Shown in pieces: positions 43,618 through 55,488 of a stretch of 64,000 nt of DNA. Source of the DNA: Mytilus californianus (lineage: Eukaryota). The notes beneath the pieces are model-generated. The model did not search any database. It was given only the letters and a program-made list of their open reading frames with translations, and had not been told where the DNA came from. Where the stretch lies: positions 110,794,001 through 110,858,000 of the forward strand of contig NW_026262690.1 of NCBI RefSeq assembly GCF_021869535.1, given 5' to 3'. The translations under genes and the position numbers were made by a program. Each line of letters opens with the position of its first letter. Position 1 is the first letter of the stretch.

Positions 43618-45114
43618 TTAAGGTTTTAGTATGGATTGTGTTACTTTAAGCTGTATTTTCTCTGTTTCTTTGAGCTTGTTTTGTCTGTCTTTTGACGAGT
43701 GGATTATCTGAGTGCCATTAGTATCGTTTGTCTGGCTATGAAAATTTATTGCATACATATTAAAACAAATCATGCAACATCAACAACAAATTCATTTCTT
43801 TTGGCGCAACTTCTATTCACGATCTAGCTTTATTTCAAGCGAGAAGTATAGATTCGACCAATTAAGTCAATAACAGTAACTCTCCCTTTTAAAAAAAATA
43901 ATTTAAGAAATCATTTATAAACTAAGATTCCATTTCACTCCGAATTTGGCTTTTCTATTTTGTCCCTGCTAGTCGTGTAGCTTTTAACTTTTCTACATAT
44001 CTATACATTCCTGGCTTTTATGTGCCTGGGTTTCAGCATTCCTGTTTGAATAAATCAAGAAAAGCGCGTCGAACGCACGAAATTTCTAAAGTACTATTTT
44101 GATAATTTTGAACTCTACCATGATTAGATATCGTGTATACAACTAAAAAGGATGAGTTTTTCAAGGTTATTTTTAAATTGTTTTTCTTCAAAACCGAATG
44201 AGTCAAGCAATATAACTATTTAAGCCATAGCATAACGATGCAAGCGATTTAATGAAGCACGAAAACAGATATATTTAAAGGAATGATGTGTCGCATTTAG
44301 AAAATCATTATGCAAAACTATTTTATAAATTTTTTCACTGAAAAAAGCCTTTCGTTTTAAAGGCGATTAGAACTATGACGTAATCTATCTAACCAACAAA
44401 AGAAACCTTTTGAAATTAATAAAGACAGAGATGCTGGACTGTTTTTATTATCGTTGTACGACATGGAATGATACATCAAATTAAAATTTTTAAAAGTTAT
44501 GCAAAGTAGAAATAAAATGCTTTAAGAATTATTCTTTAATATACTGTAATTAAATATATATACATATATCATCGTGTACTTGTATACATCAAATAGCATC
44601 AGATTCAAAGTCATTTTGAATCGGATAGAAAACAAAGGCAATACGAAGCAGCACAATAAAAAACATATAAATTGGTCTGAAATTAAGCCCAACATTGTTA
44701 AATCTGCAAATTCTCGGCATCAATTACTTAGTTTCATAATCTGTGTTTTGTGTAAATTAGTGCCAAACAACCTAGAACATTCGGCCGCTAAAACAAAAAC
44801 AAATACGTTTCCAATGTCTGCATTGAAACTAAATATCAAATTTTGAAAAAGAATAGGATAGGTATATAGAATGCTGAAAGCTTCGGTAAAAAAGGTGAAA
44901 ACATTTATATACCATATTATAAACGCGATTTGTATAATCTGTATGTGCGCTGTGTTACAGTTAGATGTTCTGTGTCATGTTTATATATTTGCAGAAAAGT
45001 TATCTTCCTTCTCTTAAAGTATTTATCTCCCCATCGTATATTTTATATTTGATTTCATTTTTTCCTCTGATTCGCTATACTGACTAAGTTTTATGTATAT
45101 TTTATATTGAATAG

Positions 45115-45175
45115 TATGAAGATAATTCATTGTTAAACATACTAATAGGAGCTCCAGGATTCGTGGACGATGAAG
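45115..45175 (+). CDS. Integrin alpha coding exon 5
   Basis: YEDNSLLNILIGAPGFVDDE(G); phase 0 to 1. Confidence 0.88.
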
Positions 45176-46053
45176 GTTTGTTTCTTACAATTTCCAACTT
45201 AAGACACTTATATTATTATTTCTGCCACACGTCAGTTATGTTTTTAACAATATTAAATGTTATTTATAGGTCTTTAACCGTTGAAAGTCATCAATGACCT
45301 AACGAATAGCCAATGCAAATGTCGTAATATCGACTCATGGTGCTGGATAAGCCTATCAAATTAACGCAGATTTTTGTATCACTTTGTCGTATCACACTCC
45401 GTGCAGTGTGACTCTTCATGCAAAAAATAAATAACAGGCCTCAACCATAAGATAAGTTATATTATTCCTTTCACAAGAAAGTAATGTGTGTTTAATAATG
45501 CTACATTTTATGTTATATAAACAGTTATTTCTGAATCAAATCTGTCATATTTTCTACACTTTACCGCTGCTGGTGTACTGTTAGTCCCTCGAGGTATCAT
45601 CAGAAATAGGACTGGATTTGTAACCAAATTTTCTTGTTTTCCGTTCCTAAATTAGAAAAGCACTTAGGTTTACATACTTGTATCATAGATATTATAGTCA
45701 TTATATCTATGCTTGTAAGTAAGGCATTATATATTTCAAAACTAAAGGATGAAATCTCCCTAAATCTGAAGTAAAGTGCGATTCGACAGATACTTACATT
45801 ATCAGGTCATTACCAAGGTTACTGATAATTGTACCATTACACCAGCGTATTGAAATTACCTTTAAGGAAGATCAGATGAAAAAATATCAGTTGTAGTTAA
45901 AGTTATATAACGGTATTTACATTCATTGTTTAGCTCTTTGATGTAAGAATCATACACGTATTGTATAAATTTATCGCAAATGCTTTTTTACCAATAAAAT
46001 GGTTTTTTTTATGGTTGAACTGATACTAATCAGAACACGTTTGATATCAACAG

Positions 46054-46170
46054 GTGGCTTTTTACAGTTTACTGGTAATGAAACGTTTGATGAGTTTTTT
46101 TATATCTTCACCCGATATGACTTTGCTGAAGATGCCGCGAAGCAAGGTCTACAGCATGGAAGCTTAATGG
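46054..46170 (+). CDS. Integrin alpha coding exon 6
   Basis: GGFLQFTGNETFDEFFYIFTRYDFAEDAAKQGLQHGSLM(G); CAACAG / GTAAGA; phase 1-1. Confidence 0.85.
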
Positions 46171-47659
46171 GTAAGACATCATTGCATCATTACATTAGTC
46201 ACTTTATCATAAATTCATATCAACAATCACAAATAGATGAGATATTGAGCGTAGACCCTGTCCATTTTAGAGTTATATAAGCAATGTTATGTCAAGAAAA
46301 AATACGTCACAATTGTAAAATATAAGAGCCTACAACCCAAGCACTGGAAATATATAAACGGATTCCACACAGCACGACAGGCTAACTCTACAAAATCATA
46401 CGATCTTCACTAGTACTCATGAGAAATATTTCTTTTCAAATGCTGAAATGCTACGAGCAAAGACACATCGTAAATAATTCGACAAATACCACCTACAAAC
46501 TGCCATCATCTAGACAAGAAATATCACAAGAAAATTTTACAAGTTATCCTTTGATACTGTTAGCCATCGCGTGTGCTGAAATGATGTTTGAAATAAAACA
46601 AATAAATAGGGTGTTTAAAATTTTCAGGTATATATATAAAAATTAGCTGTTCAGAGATTCTTCCACAAGATAGAATTCGATTGGTCAATATGTGTGACCT
46701 TTTGTTAGATTTAATGCAAGATAAAATCAATATGTAATGAACATTCTGAGTAATGTTGAATTTGTGATTTATATCATATTGAAATAGCTGTTATTACTCA
46801 TTCTATCTTACATACTTTGTATACAAATGTAGATACATATTACTCACAAAAGAGGGAAGGGATATAATATTTGAAATATTTGATTAGTGTAGAAAAATCC
46901 TCTATAATTTTCGTAACCCATGCACAAAAAGTTAGAAACAATCAGATGGGGCAATTGTTAATAGCAGCGCTTAATTAACCAAATCTATCGTAATGACTTA
47001 TCTTTTCTTATATCTTTATCACATGATTTATTTTACAAGAGTTACGTAATTTTATACATTGTGACTACTAATACGGTTTAATGTTGTTTCGCCTTTTTCA
47101 TTGTGAAATTAAAATTTGAAAGAAAAAAAATGTTAAAACATAGAGCAATGATTTTTAAGCTGTTCTAATCTTAACACATTACAAAGAAATAAGAAGTAAT
47201 TATTTCATGCCATGATAGAACTATTTCGATTATTATAGGAAAATCTCGACCCTTTTGTACTTCGAAGCAGACCTATAAGACACGTTCTAAAGGTGCCATT
47301 TTTATTTAGTAAAACCAAAACGTTATAGAAAAAAAGACCGTTTCACGATAAAAAAAAACTGAACAGATACATGTTAACTAAAATTTCAATCCTAACGTCA
47401 ATCACGTGCAGCCCATGTTCTATTGGAATTTGAACATGACTGGCTTTGTTTCCAAAGCGAGAAAAAAACGTCATATCAGAATTATGTTTTTATACATTGT
47501 ACCAGGTTATACAATCAACATTGCAATTATATGATTGTCCTAGTGTGAAAGCATTACAAAGATTTATCTTTTTAAATCAGGTTATACAATCTGCTCTATA
47601 TTTCAAACTGTCAAATAGCTATTGTGAAAACATTTTAAAGATTTATCCTTTTATACAAG

Positions 47660-47766
47660 GATACTCTGTCAGCACAGGAATGCTTTCAGATTCTAATGAA
47701 GATTGTCCAGGAGTTATTGTATTAGGAACCCCACACTCTACATGGAAAAATAGAACAGTAGGGGCA
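47660..47766 (+). CDS. Integrin alpha coding exon 7
   Basis: GYSVSTGMLSDSNEDCPGVIVLGTPHSTWKNRTVGA; donor GTAAGT; phase 1 to 0. Confidence 0.9.
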
Positions 47767-49847
47767 GTAAGTTGTTTTCATTTTTTATCTTTACAACCTG
47801 ATTATCAAACAAAGTCCTTTTTTTATCATACAATGTTAGTTCAGAGTGATTATTTCTACTTGGAATTTCCGTTCAGTTTATTTCTTAAAATGTTGTACAT
47901 TTTATAAATAAATTAAGCTAATAGTAGGGTTTTCCACAGTCAAGTCAGTTAGTTTTTGTTTTAAAAATAAAAAGCACGAAAACATCGGTATAAATGTGCA
48001 ATTCAATTTGTGTATAAAGCCCATGAATGGCAACACATACACATCCAAATGGCGAAACAAGCAAACCTCGGAATTGCGATAAACATAAACATCAGGATGA
48101 CGAACACATCCTAATGCCAACGCACAAACATTGGAATGGCGAAAACATTCGAACGGCGACACACACAAACATCCGAATGTCGATGCACATAAACAACTGA
48201 CGCAAAAAAAGAAAAACGAATGTTGTCACAACTGAATTTAAGAAATAGTTATTGTTCTTAAGAATGTAGTCAGGTGAAATTAAAAAAAAATCTGGAATTT
48301 AGAATTGATACATTAAATCAGAAAAGCAATAGTTACGGAACTAAATAACCTAAGAATATTGATAGATTATGAACTCCTTTTCGAGAGATTTAATGTTCAA
48401 TAAAGGCGGGAAAAAGCCGACTCGGACTTATTTTTAGCAATGGCATTTTTTGGCCCAAATCGTAAGAAAAGAAATCTGCTTAAGATTTGGTAAATGGCCT
48501 TTTATGAGCAATTGAAGTCTGATATGAAAAACAATGGGTGATATGGTATGAAAAAATCCAAGGAGTCCGAACATTTGACAAAAATCCCTAAACCTTACAT
48601 GATTCCATTCTTAAGTCTGACCAATCGTTTCTATAAGAATCGATATAGTTTGATATTCTGAAGTTTTCATTGATATTCCATTTAAATACAGGGAGGTTTA
48701 ATAGCTTTAGATATCACGCTTGCATCGCAACGCACCACTTATGATATTAATTGTTATTGTATAAAATACAATCTCAAATAGTCCACAGGGTCCAATAAAT
48801 CAATTGTTAATTTAACGTGAGAAAATGTTGAAATGACACACAATAAAGGAGAAATAAGAGTTTATGACGAGTTGTCGGAACCTTTTATGTTAGTTTTCAA
48901 ACATATTTTATTCGTTTATCAGTAAAACAATGCAAGGAACTTATTTGTCAATTTGGTTTTTTTTAACGGAATCGTCTTTCAACTAGTTTGTGAGGGGAAA
49001 AGAAATTTACCGATGTTTAAATCTTATAAATTCTTTAAAAAGATATTAATCAAGCTATGAATAAATTCCTAATGGAATCAGAAATAGGAGAGAGACCGGT
49101 TGCGTCCGCAGATTAAGCGTCACAAGTTACTTGTATGCACGTAGCAACTCCAATGCGAATCCTCTCTCTGAAAAATGTCAGAATCGGTAAATGAGTTGAT
49201 TAGCTAACCCATAATTTTGGCCCTAAAAGTCTGAATATTTTAATCTGCAATAATGGTGTGAAAACTGGATGAAAACGTATGTTAAAATGTCCAGTTGTTT
49301 CAATAGGAGATTTAAACCAAATGCGTCATTAGTGATGCATTTGTGACATCAGAAATATAGGTGACTTTGATTAAAACCTGAATTTTAGCATAATTTAGCA
49401 AAACGAACATATGTCGCAACTCAATTGAGACACGGACACATCGTATCAGGCAACCAATTCGTAATGATGACCGTTAAACTTTTGTAATGATGGTTTCAGT
49501 AGTCGTTCTTCCTCATGACTATGTTCGAATATTTTTTCCCTCATAATATAAACATGCACGATCGTAACGTATAAGTGGGAAGTTAACAATTTGAAAGCTG
49601 CTATTTTCACGTTTGTCATAGATTTTAGTTTGAAGTCGTACAATTATGTCAATATCTAATATATATGCTATAAAAGGCAACGTCATGACAACATTGGTCC
49701 TTTTGTTTTAAAGACGTTGATTTTTCGTCAAAAAAACAATAATCACTGAAATGTATATATACAGTAAAATAATTTCATACGTTATATTATTGATATTAAT
49801 ATTTGTTATCATTTAATCTTGACAGCAGAGGAATATTTCTTTTATAG

Positions 49848-49915
49848 GTTTTTGTTTTCTGTTTAAACAAACTGACAAGAAGTTATATTTGAAGAAACAG
49901 TTTACAGGTGAAAAG
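49848..49915 (+). CDS. Integrin alpha coding exon 8 (acceptor ambiguous)
   Basis: 3' part LFKQTDKKLYLKKQFTGEK|GTACTG fits the GE-x-SG-FG motif of exon 9. From the best acceptor (49848) the length is 68 nt (out of frame); from 49826 or 49829 it is 90 or 87 nt (in frame). Confidence 0.75.
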
Positions 49916-51850
49916 GTACTGTTTAGTTTATAGAATATGTACAGTATAAGTTAATTTCGTTGTTTGTCTGTGATGTATGTTTACACAGTTGTGGCTGCTG
50001 GATCCAAATTATTTTTACATTAGCCTATTATGTCTGTTTGGGATGCCCACCCAATATTGTCAATAAAACGGAACTATATACCGCTGTCATACAAGGGGAG
50101 GTTTAGCTAGCTATAAAACCAGGTTTAACCCTCAATTATCTTCGGGAAATGCCTGTACCAAATCAGGCATATGAAAGTTGTTTTCCCTCTTCCGTTGATT
50201 GATTTTATCACTTTTTAGTTTGCCTTGGAGCTCGGTATTTTTGTTATACTTTTTTTTATACATGAATGAGACAGTTCACGTTTTATGTTGGCGTATATAC
50301 CTGGGTTGTTTGGTTTGATTTTGTCCTTAGTGTAGTTGATTTGTTTATCATCTACCTCGTGTGAATGCACATATTTTCTCTTGACCGCATAAAGAAAAAT
50401 GGTGCAGGAGGTACTAAGGAAACAACCAAAAGCAATAATGTCGAGGAAAATAGACAAATCACGGGAAATGTTGTTTACCGATATTCACATCTCAGAAATC
50501 AAAGCACAAAAAATACTTGGAAAAACTCACAAACTCTATAAGGAGCGAGATAGGGTTCGTCGACAAGGTAAGCATCTCCTGCTATGCATGTATCACCCGG
50601 ATGCGAATCTACTCTCAGTTAAAATCTCACAATCCGAAAAAGGACACTATCGGCAAAATTATAAATTAGACAGCTATTTCTGCTTTCTAAAGATGTAATA
50701 CGGATTGGACTGTACATGAGCCCATTTTCCATCAGAGAGCAAAGACAAAGATGTGCAAAATTACAGTTTCGCCGTAACGCCATCGATGGATAAATAAAGG
50801 CAACAGTAGTATACTGCTGTTCAAAAGTCATAAATCGATTAAGAGAATACAAATCCGGGTTGCAAGCTAAAACCGAGCAAAACACATTAACTATAAGAGG
50901 AAAACAACAGAACAACAGAAACACTGAACTGCAGCAAACACAAACGCCAAAATTCATAGAAACGGACTATTTGATAACAACTGCCATATTCCTGATTTGG
51001 TACAGGACATTTTAAGAAAAAATGGTGGATTGAACCTGGTTTTATAATAAAATCTACAACGTATAAAATACTATAAATGTCCCTAGGATTATTAATTAGT
51101 AAACAATTCAAATAGATAATCCACGCTCTGATTTATACAACAAAAAATAATCACCGGGTTTGTACTTAAAAGATGGGTGACACATGTGGAGTAGAATCTT
51201 TTTACCCTTCCGGAGCACCTGAGATTACCTCCGGTGTTGGCTAGGGTTAGTTTTGTTCAGTGTTAAGTTTTCTATGTTGTGTTGTGTGTACTGTCGTTTG
51301 ACTTTTCGTTTTTCGTTTTTTTTTTGTCATGGCATTGTCAGTTTGTTTTCGACTTTAGAGTTTGACTATCCCTTTTATATCTTTCTCCTCTCTTTTTTTA
51401 AACTAATTATGTAAAACAGCAGACAACCACTAGTTCATATGCAACCGGCATAAAAAATGCTCCAAATTGATGTTTTTTTCTTTCAACATGTTTTCTAAAC
51501 TTACCACCAGTCTGGGACACTGGTTCAACAGCACAGCATTAACACATACTGTAGAAATCGAATGGAAAGGGCTTGGGTCATCTGGTCAGTGAAAATTACA
51601 TACAATTCCTAAACATTGGGCGTTTATGTTACTGTGGTATCATTATTAGTCATGTTATACCAATTTTCATTGATTCCGTTGATATTTGTGAACTACGAAT
51701 GTATTTGTTCAGAGAAGTACATTTTTTATACAGACTTGTGTAAAACCACGAAATCAAACGACAATACAGTTTCTTTTTCACCCACGAAAATAAATAATTC
51801 CACAATATTTTGCCTACATACCCTACAATACTATGTATTTTTTTATCCAG

Positions 51851-51991
51851 TCTGGAAGTGGATTTGGTAGTTCTATTGTCTTTGAAGATATAAACGGTGA
51901 TGGATTAGATGATTTACTTGTCGGAGCACCTCTTCAATATAATGACACTCTAGATTCAGGCGTTGTCTACTTATACTATGGGGACACAGAT
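51851..51991 (+). CDS. Integrin alpha coding exon 9
   Basis: SGSGFGSSIVFEDINGDGLDDLLVGAPLQYNDTLDSGVVYLYYGDTD; 141 nt. Confidence 0.95.
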
Positions 51992-52476
51992 GTAAGTCGA
52001 TTTAAAGTTTAGAAAGATCTTATTATTGTTTTAACATTGAATTTACATACACACTGCATCAATTACATTTCATATCAGTACAGCAGCGTTGACTTTTGGG
52101 TTCTCAACACATGGGAATGAAACGTCCATCGGTAGTGTCATCTTCCAGATTGTTGTAAAAAAATAATCATTAAAACAATTGGGATACCAGATGAGTTTCG
52201 TTGTTTGAAATCTTTCGAATAACAAATATTCCAAAAACGTGTTCCACACCAACGCATAAATTGGTATAGATTTTTTTTTTATTACAGTTTTTCGACTAAA
52301 GTTATATTTTCTGTCTAGAAATATATGAAAGCCATCCATTCCAGTAAACGTAAATAATGATATCTTGTGGTTTATTCTAAAGCCAAAATGAAATCAGCAA
52401 TAGATTATAATCATATTGTATTCTAATATCATACTACTTTTATCTTCTCATAATTAATTGTATTTGGCAGGGAGAA

Positions 52477-52692
52477 CTGTAAACCAACTAATTTTCGCGA
52501 GCGATTTATTTTTGCGAATTTCGCGAGTAGAAAAATAACGCGAATATAAATCGTCGCGATTTAGTATAACTTGGATCTCCTTATTTGTCTGCATCAAATA
52601 AATTTGAAAATAGCGAAATTCAATCGCCGCGAAGTGTGATTGAAAGGGCAAAACGCGAAATAAAGTATCCGCGAAAATAAGTTGGTTTACCG
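52477..52692. mobile_element. Tc1/mariner-type MITE
   Basis: TIR CTGTAAACCAACTAATTTTCGCG / CGCGAAAATAAGTTGGTTTACCG followed by TA. Confidence 0.8.
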
Positions 52693-52787
52693 TAACCCCT
52701 AAGTGACCCTTTTTGGGGAACCGTTCATTTTTGTATTTAATAAATATAACCTAAATCTATTGATGATATTTCTTTCCATATGGACAG

Positions 52788-52899
52788 CCAAATATACTAC
52801 TCAGAGTGAGTGGACAAAAGTTACAAGGAATGTCGGAATGGGGACGATTTGGTACAGCACTGCAGTGTATAGGAGATATAAATAAAGATGGATACAAGG
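52788..52899 (+). CDS. Integrin alpha coding exon 10
   Basis: PNILLRVSGQKLQGMSEWGRFGTALQCIGDINKDGYK(D); GGACAG / GTATGT; phase 0 to 1. Confidence 0.92.
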
Positions 52900-52909
52900 G
52901 TATGTATCA

Positions 52910-53695
52910 GAATGGGAACGGTTTGGTTTAGCACTGCAGTATATCTCAGATACAAATAAAGAGGGATGTAAGGGTACGTATATCAGAATGTGAAAGTGTT
53001 GCAGTGTACCGCAGATACGGATAAAAACGGATATAGGGGTGCATATTTCGAAATGTGAGCGATTTGGTACAGCACTGTAGTGTATCAGAGATATCAACAA
53101 GGACAACTTAAGGGTACGTAAATAAGAATTGGGACGGTTTAATAAAGCACTGCTGAGTATGTAAAGTACAGCACGGCAGTGTATCAGAAATATAAACAAG
53201 TATAAATATAAGGCTACGTAGGTCGAAATTGGGGCGGTTAAATACAGCGCTGCATTGCATCAAAGATATAAAGAGATATAAACAAGGACAAATATAAGGG
53301 TACTTAAGTCAGAATAATGTTTAATGCAGCACTGCAGAGTATGTTTAAAACAACACTGAAGTGTATCAGAGATATAAACAAGAATAGATACATAAGTCAG
53401 AATTGGGACGGTTTAATACAGCATTGCAGAGTATCGGAAAATTTAAACAAGGGTAGATATAAGGTTACGTAAGTCATAATTGAAACGGTTTAATATAGCA
53501 CTGCAGTATATCAGAGATATAAAGAAGAATAGATATAAGGGTACGTATGTCAGAATGATAACCATTTGGTATAGCACTGTAGTTTACCCGCAGACGAACA
53601 AAGATGAATATAAGTGTACTTATGTCAGAATTGGGACGATTTGTAGAGCACTCTAGTAAAAGAGAAATACAAACAAGGATGGATATAAGGGTATC
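52910..53695 (+). repeat. ~75-bp degenerate minisatellite derived from the exon 10 3' half plus donor, ~11 further copies (plus a remnant at ~53835-53910)
   Basis: Units GAATTGGGACGGTTT..ACAGCACTGCAGTGTATCAGAGATATAAACAAG(G)ATGGATATAAG|GGTACGTA align to exon GAATGGGGACGATTTGGTACAGCACTGCAGTGTATAGGAGATATAAATAAAGATGGATACAAGG|GTATGT. Confidence 0.9.
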
Positions 53696-54123
53696 ACGGG
53701 TACCTATTTTAGAATGTAAACTTTTTTTTATGTTAAACTAAAAGAGAGGCGAAAGATACCAAAGGGACATTCAAACTCATAAATGAGTATGCGAGAATGC
53801 AAATTGTTATTTTCTAGCAAAAAAATATACGTTGATCAGAATTTTAGGACGGTATTACGATGTAAACAATAATGGATATAAGAGTGCGTATATACGAATT
53901 GTGTATTTGAGTAATAAACTACATGTATATACAAAGTAAAAAAAAACACCATGACAAAAAACAAAAACAATAAAAAAAACTTTTACACATGAAAATTAAG
54001 ATTGAGCAAAATAAACCCAATCAAAAACTGTGAACGCACCTGACAGTTAATATGTTTTAATCACTACACGCATTGTAGTTTATGTGTCAGATCAAAACAA
54101 TGTAAAATATTATCTTTACACAG

Positions 54124-54303
54124 ATGTAGCCATTGGTGCACCTTATGAGGAGAGCAATCAAGGAGCTATATATATCTACCACGGTGGTTATGCCAAACTT
54201 ACATACACACAGAAAATTAAGGCTCAAGATATAAGTAGTAACCTACTGTCGTTTGGTTGGTACATTTCTACTGCTTATGACATCGACAATAACAATTACC
54301 AAG
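54124..54303 (+). CDS. Integrin alpha coding exon 11
   Basis: (D)VAIGAPYEESNQGAIYIYHGG..LLSFGWYISTAYDIDNNNYQ(D); 180 nt, phase 1-1. Confidence 0.95.
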
Positions 54304-54799
54304 GTAATGTGCTAAGATATTTATATCATTAATTTAATCATTATTATTTATTCATTATAACTTATATGTACTTGTCTTGATTTTACCAAGGATTGATTGT
54401 ACAGATGTAACTATGTACTAATTACCGTAGTTTTAGCATACATTATTGATATATGCATTTTTGTCAACTATATATATCCATTCCTGTACACTCACAAATA
54501 ATTCACTACACATATGCAAACATATCTATATATGTTAGTCCTGTATAACCACGTGTTATTCGATGAAGAATGTCTGTCATAAAGTTGTCACATGTTTAGA
54601 CGTGTTAAATAAAATCATAATGTAATGTGGCGGCATGGGAATTAACATTATCACCCTTTACTACAAAAAAATAGCTGATCTGAAAAGTACAACATCTACT
54701 TGCAACTATACATCATGTACTGTGTTACAACCCTAGATATAGCCGACGAGAAAAGCATTACATCGACCACCGAAATCTATATTTTTATGTACCCTATGT

Positions 54800-54941
54800 T
54801 GTCGAGTGGTATAGGGCACTGGACACGGTGCAGGCGGTGTTGCTACGATGTCACAAAAGCAAGGGTTCAAATCCCGCTGAGGGAAGAACAAAAGTTTGCA
54901 AAAATTTGAAGATCTAATATTGTTGGGCTAAATTTGAGACG

Positions 54942-54975
<34 letters not shown>
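54800..54975 (+). mobile_element. tRNA-derived SINE remnant with (TA)n tail
   Basis: TGTCGAGTGGTATAGGGC (A box), GGTTCAAATCC (B box), (TA)n at 54945-54975. Confidence 0.65.
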
Positions 54976-54978
<3 letters not shown>

Positions 54979-55488
54979 GGTGTTAGCCCTGTATAACCAC
55001 GTGTTATCCCCTTGAAAATGTCTGTCATAAAGTTGTCACATGTTTATCCAACAACCAGTATCCTTGCTATAGATATATTGTGCAACAAGTAGCATTGCTA
55101 TAGAATATCGCAATACATTAAGTATCCTTGCTATAGATATATTGTTAGTTACATAGAGTGCTAGTGACCTAATACGATATATATGGGGTCTATCATAGTG
55201 ATCAAGTTTTCAATACCTTAAGTATTAAGAACCTACGTCCATTGGTCTATACAAAAATAAATGCCAACAATAACAACTTGTTAGCTTTAAATGTATTTTA
55301 TGAATGTATTTCAATCGTTTATCGTCAATTTTTTCGTCTGTTCAAAACCTTTCAGATTTTTCCTCAACACCGTGTTGTTTTTAAAAAGTGACACCACTAC
55401 TAACCGTATATTGAAATAAGCCCCGCCTACTAACCCCATATGAAATATACACGGTCTCCACGGAACTACATAAACAGACGACAACTAC

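Noticed and set aside
49990-51590. Alternative candidates for integrin exon 8 (after ACACAG at ~49989; after ACCAG at ~51510)
   Set aside because: They do not give the V.LF..GE motif or a phase-0 donor as well as 49848-49915 does
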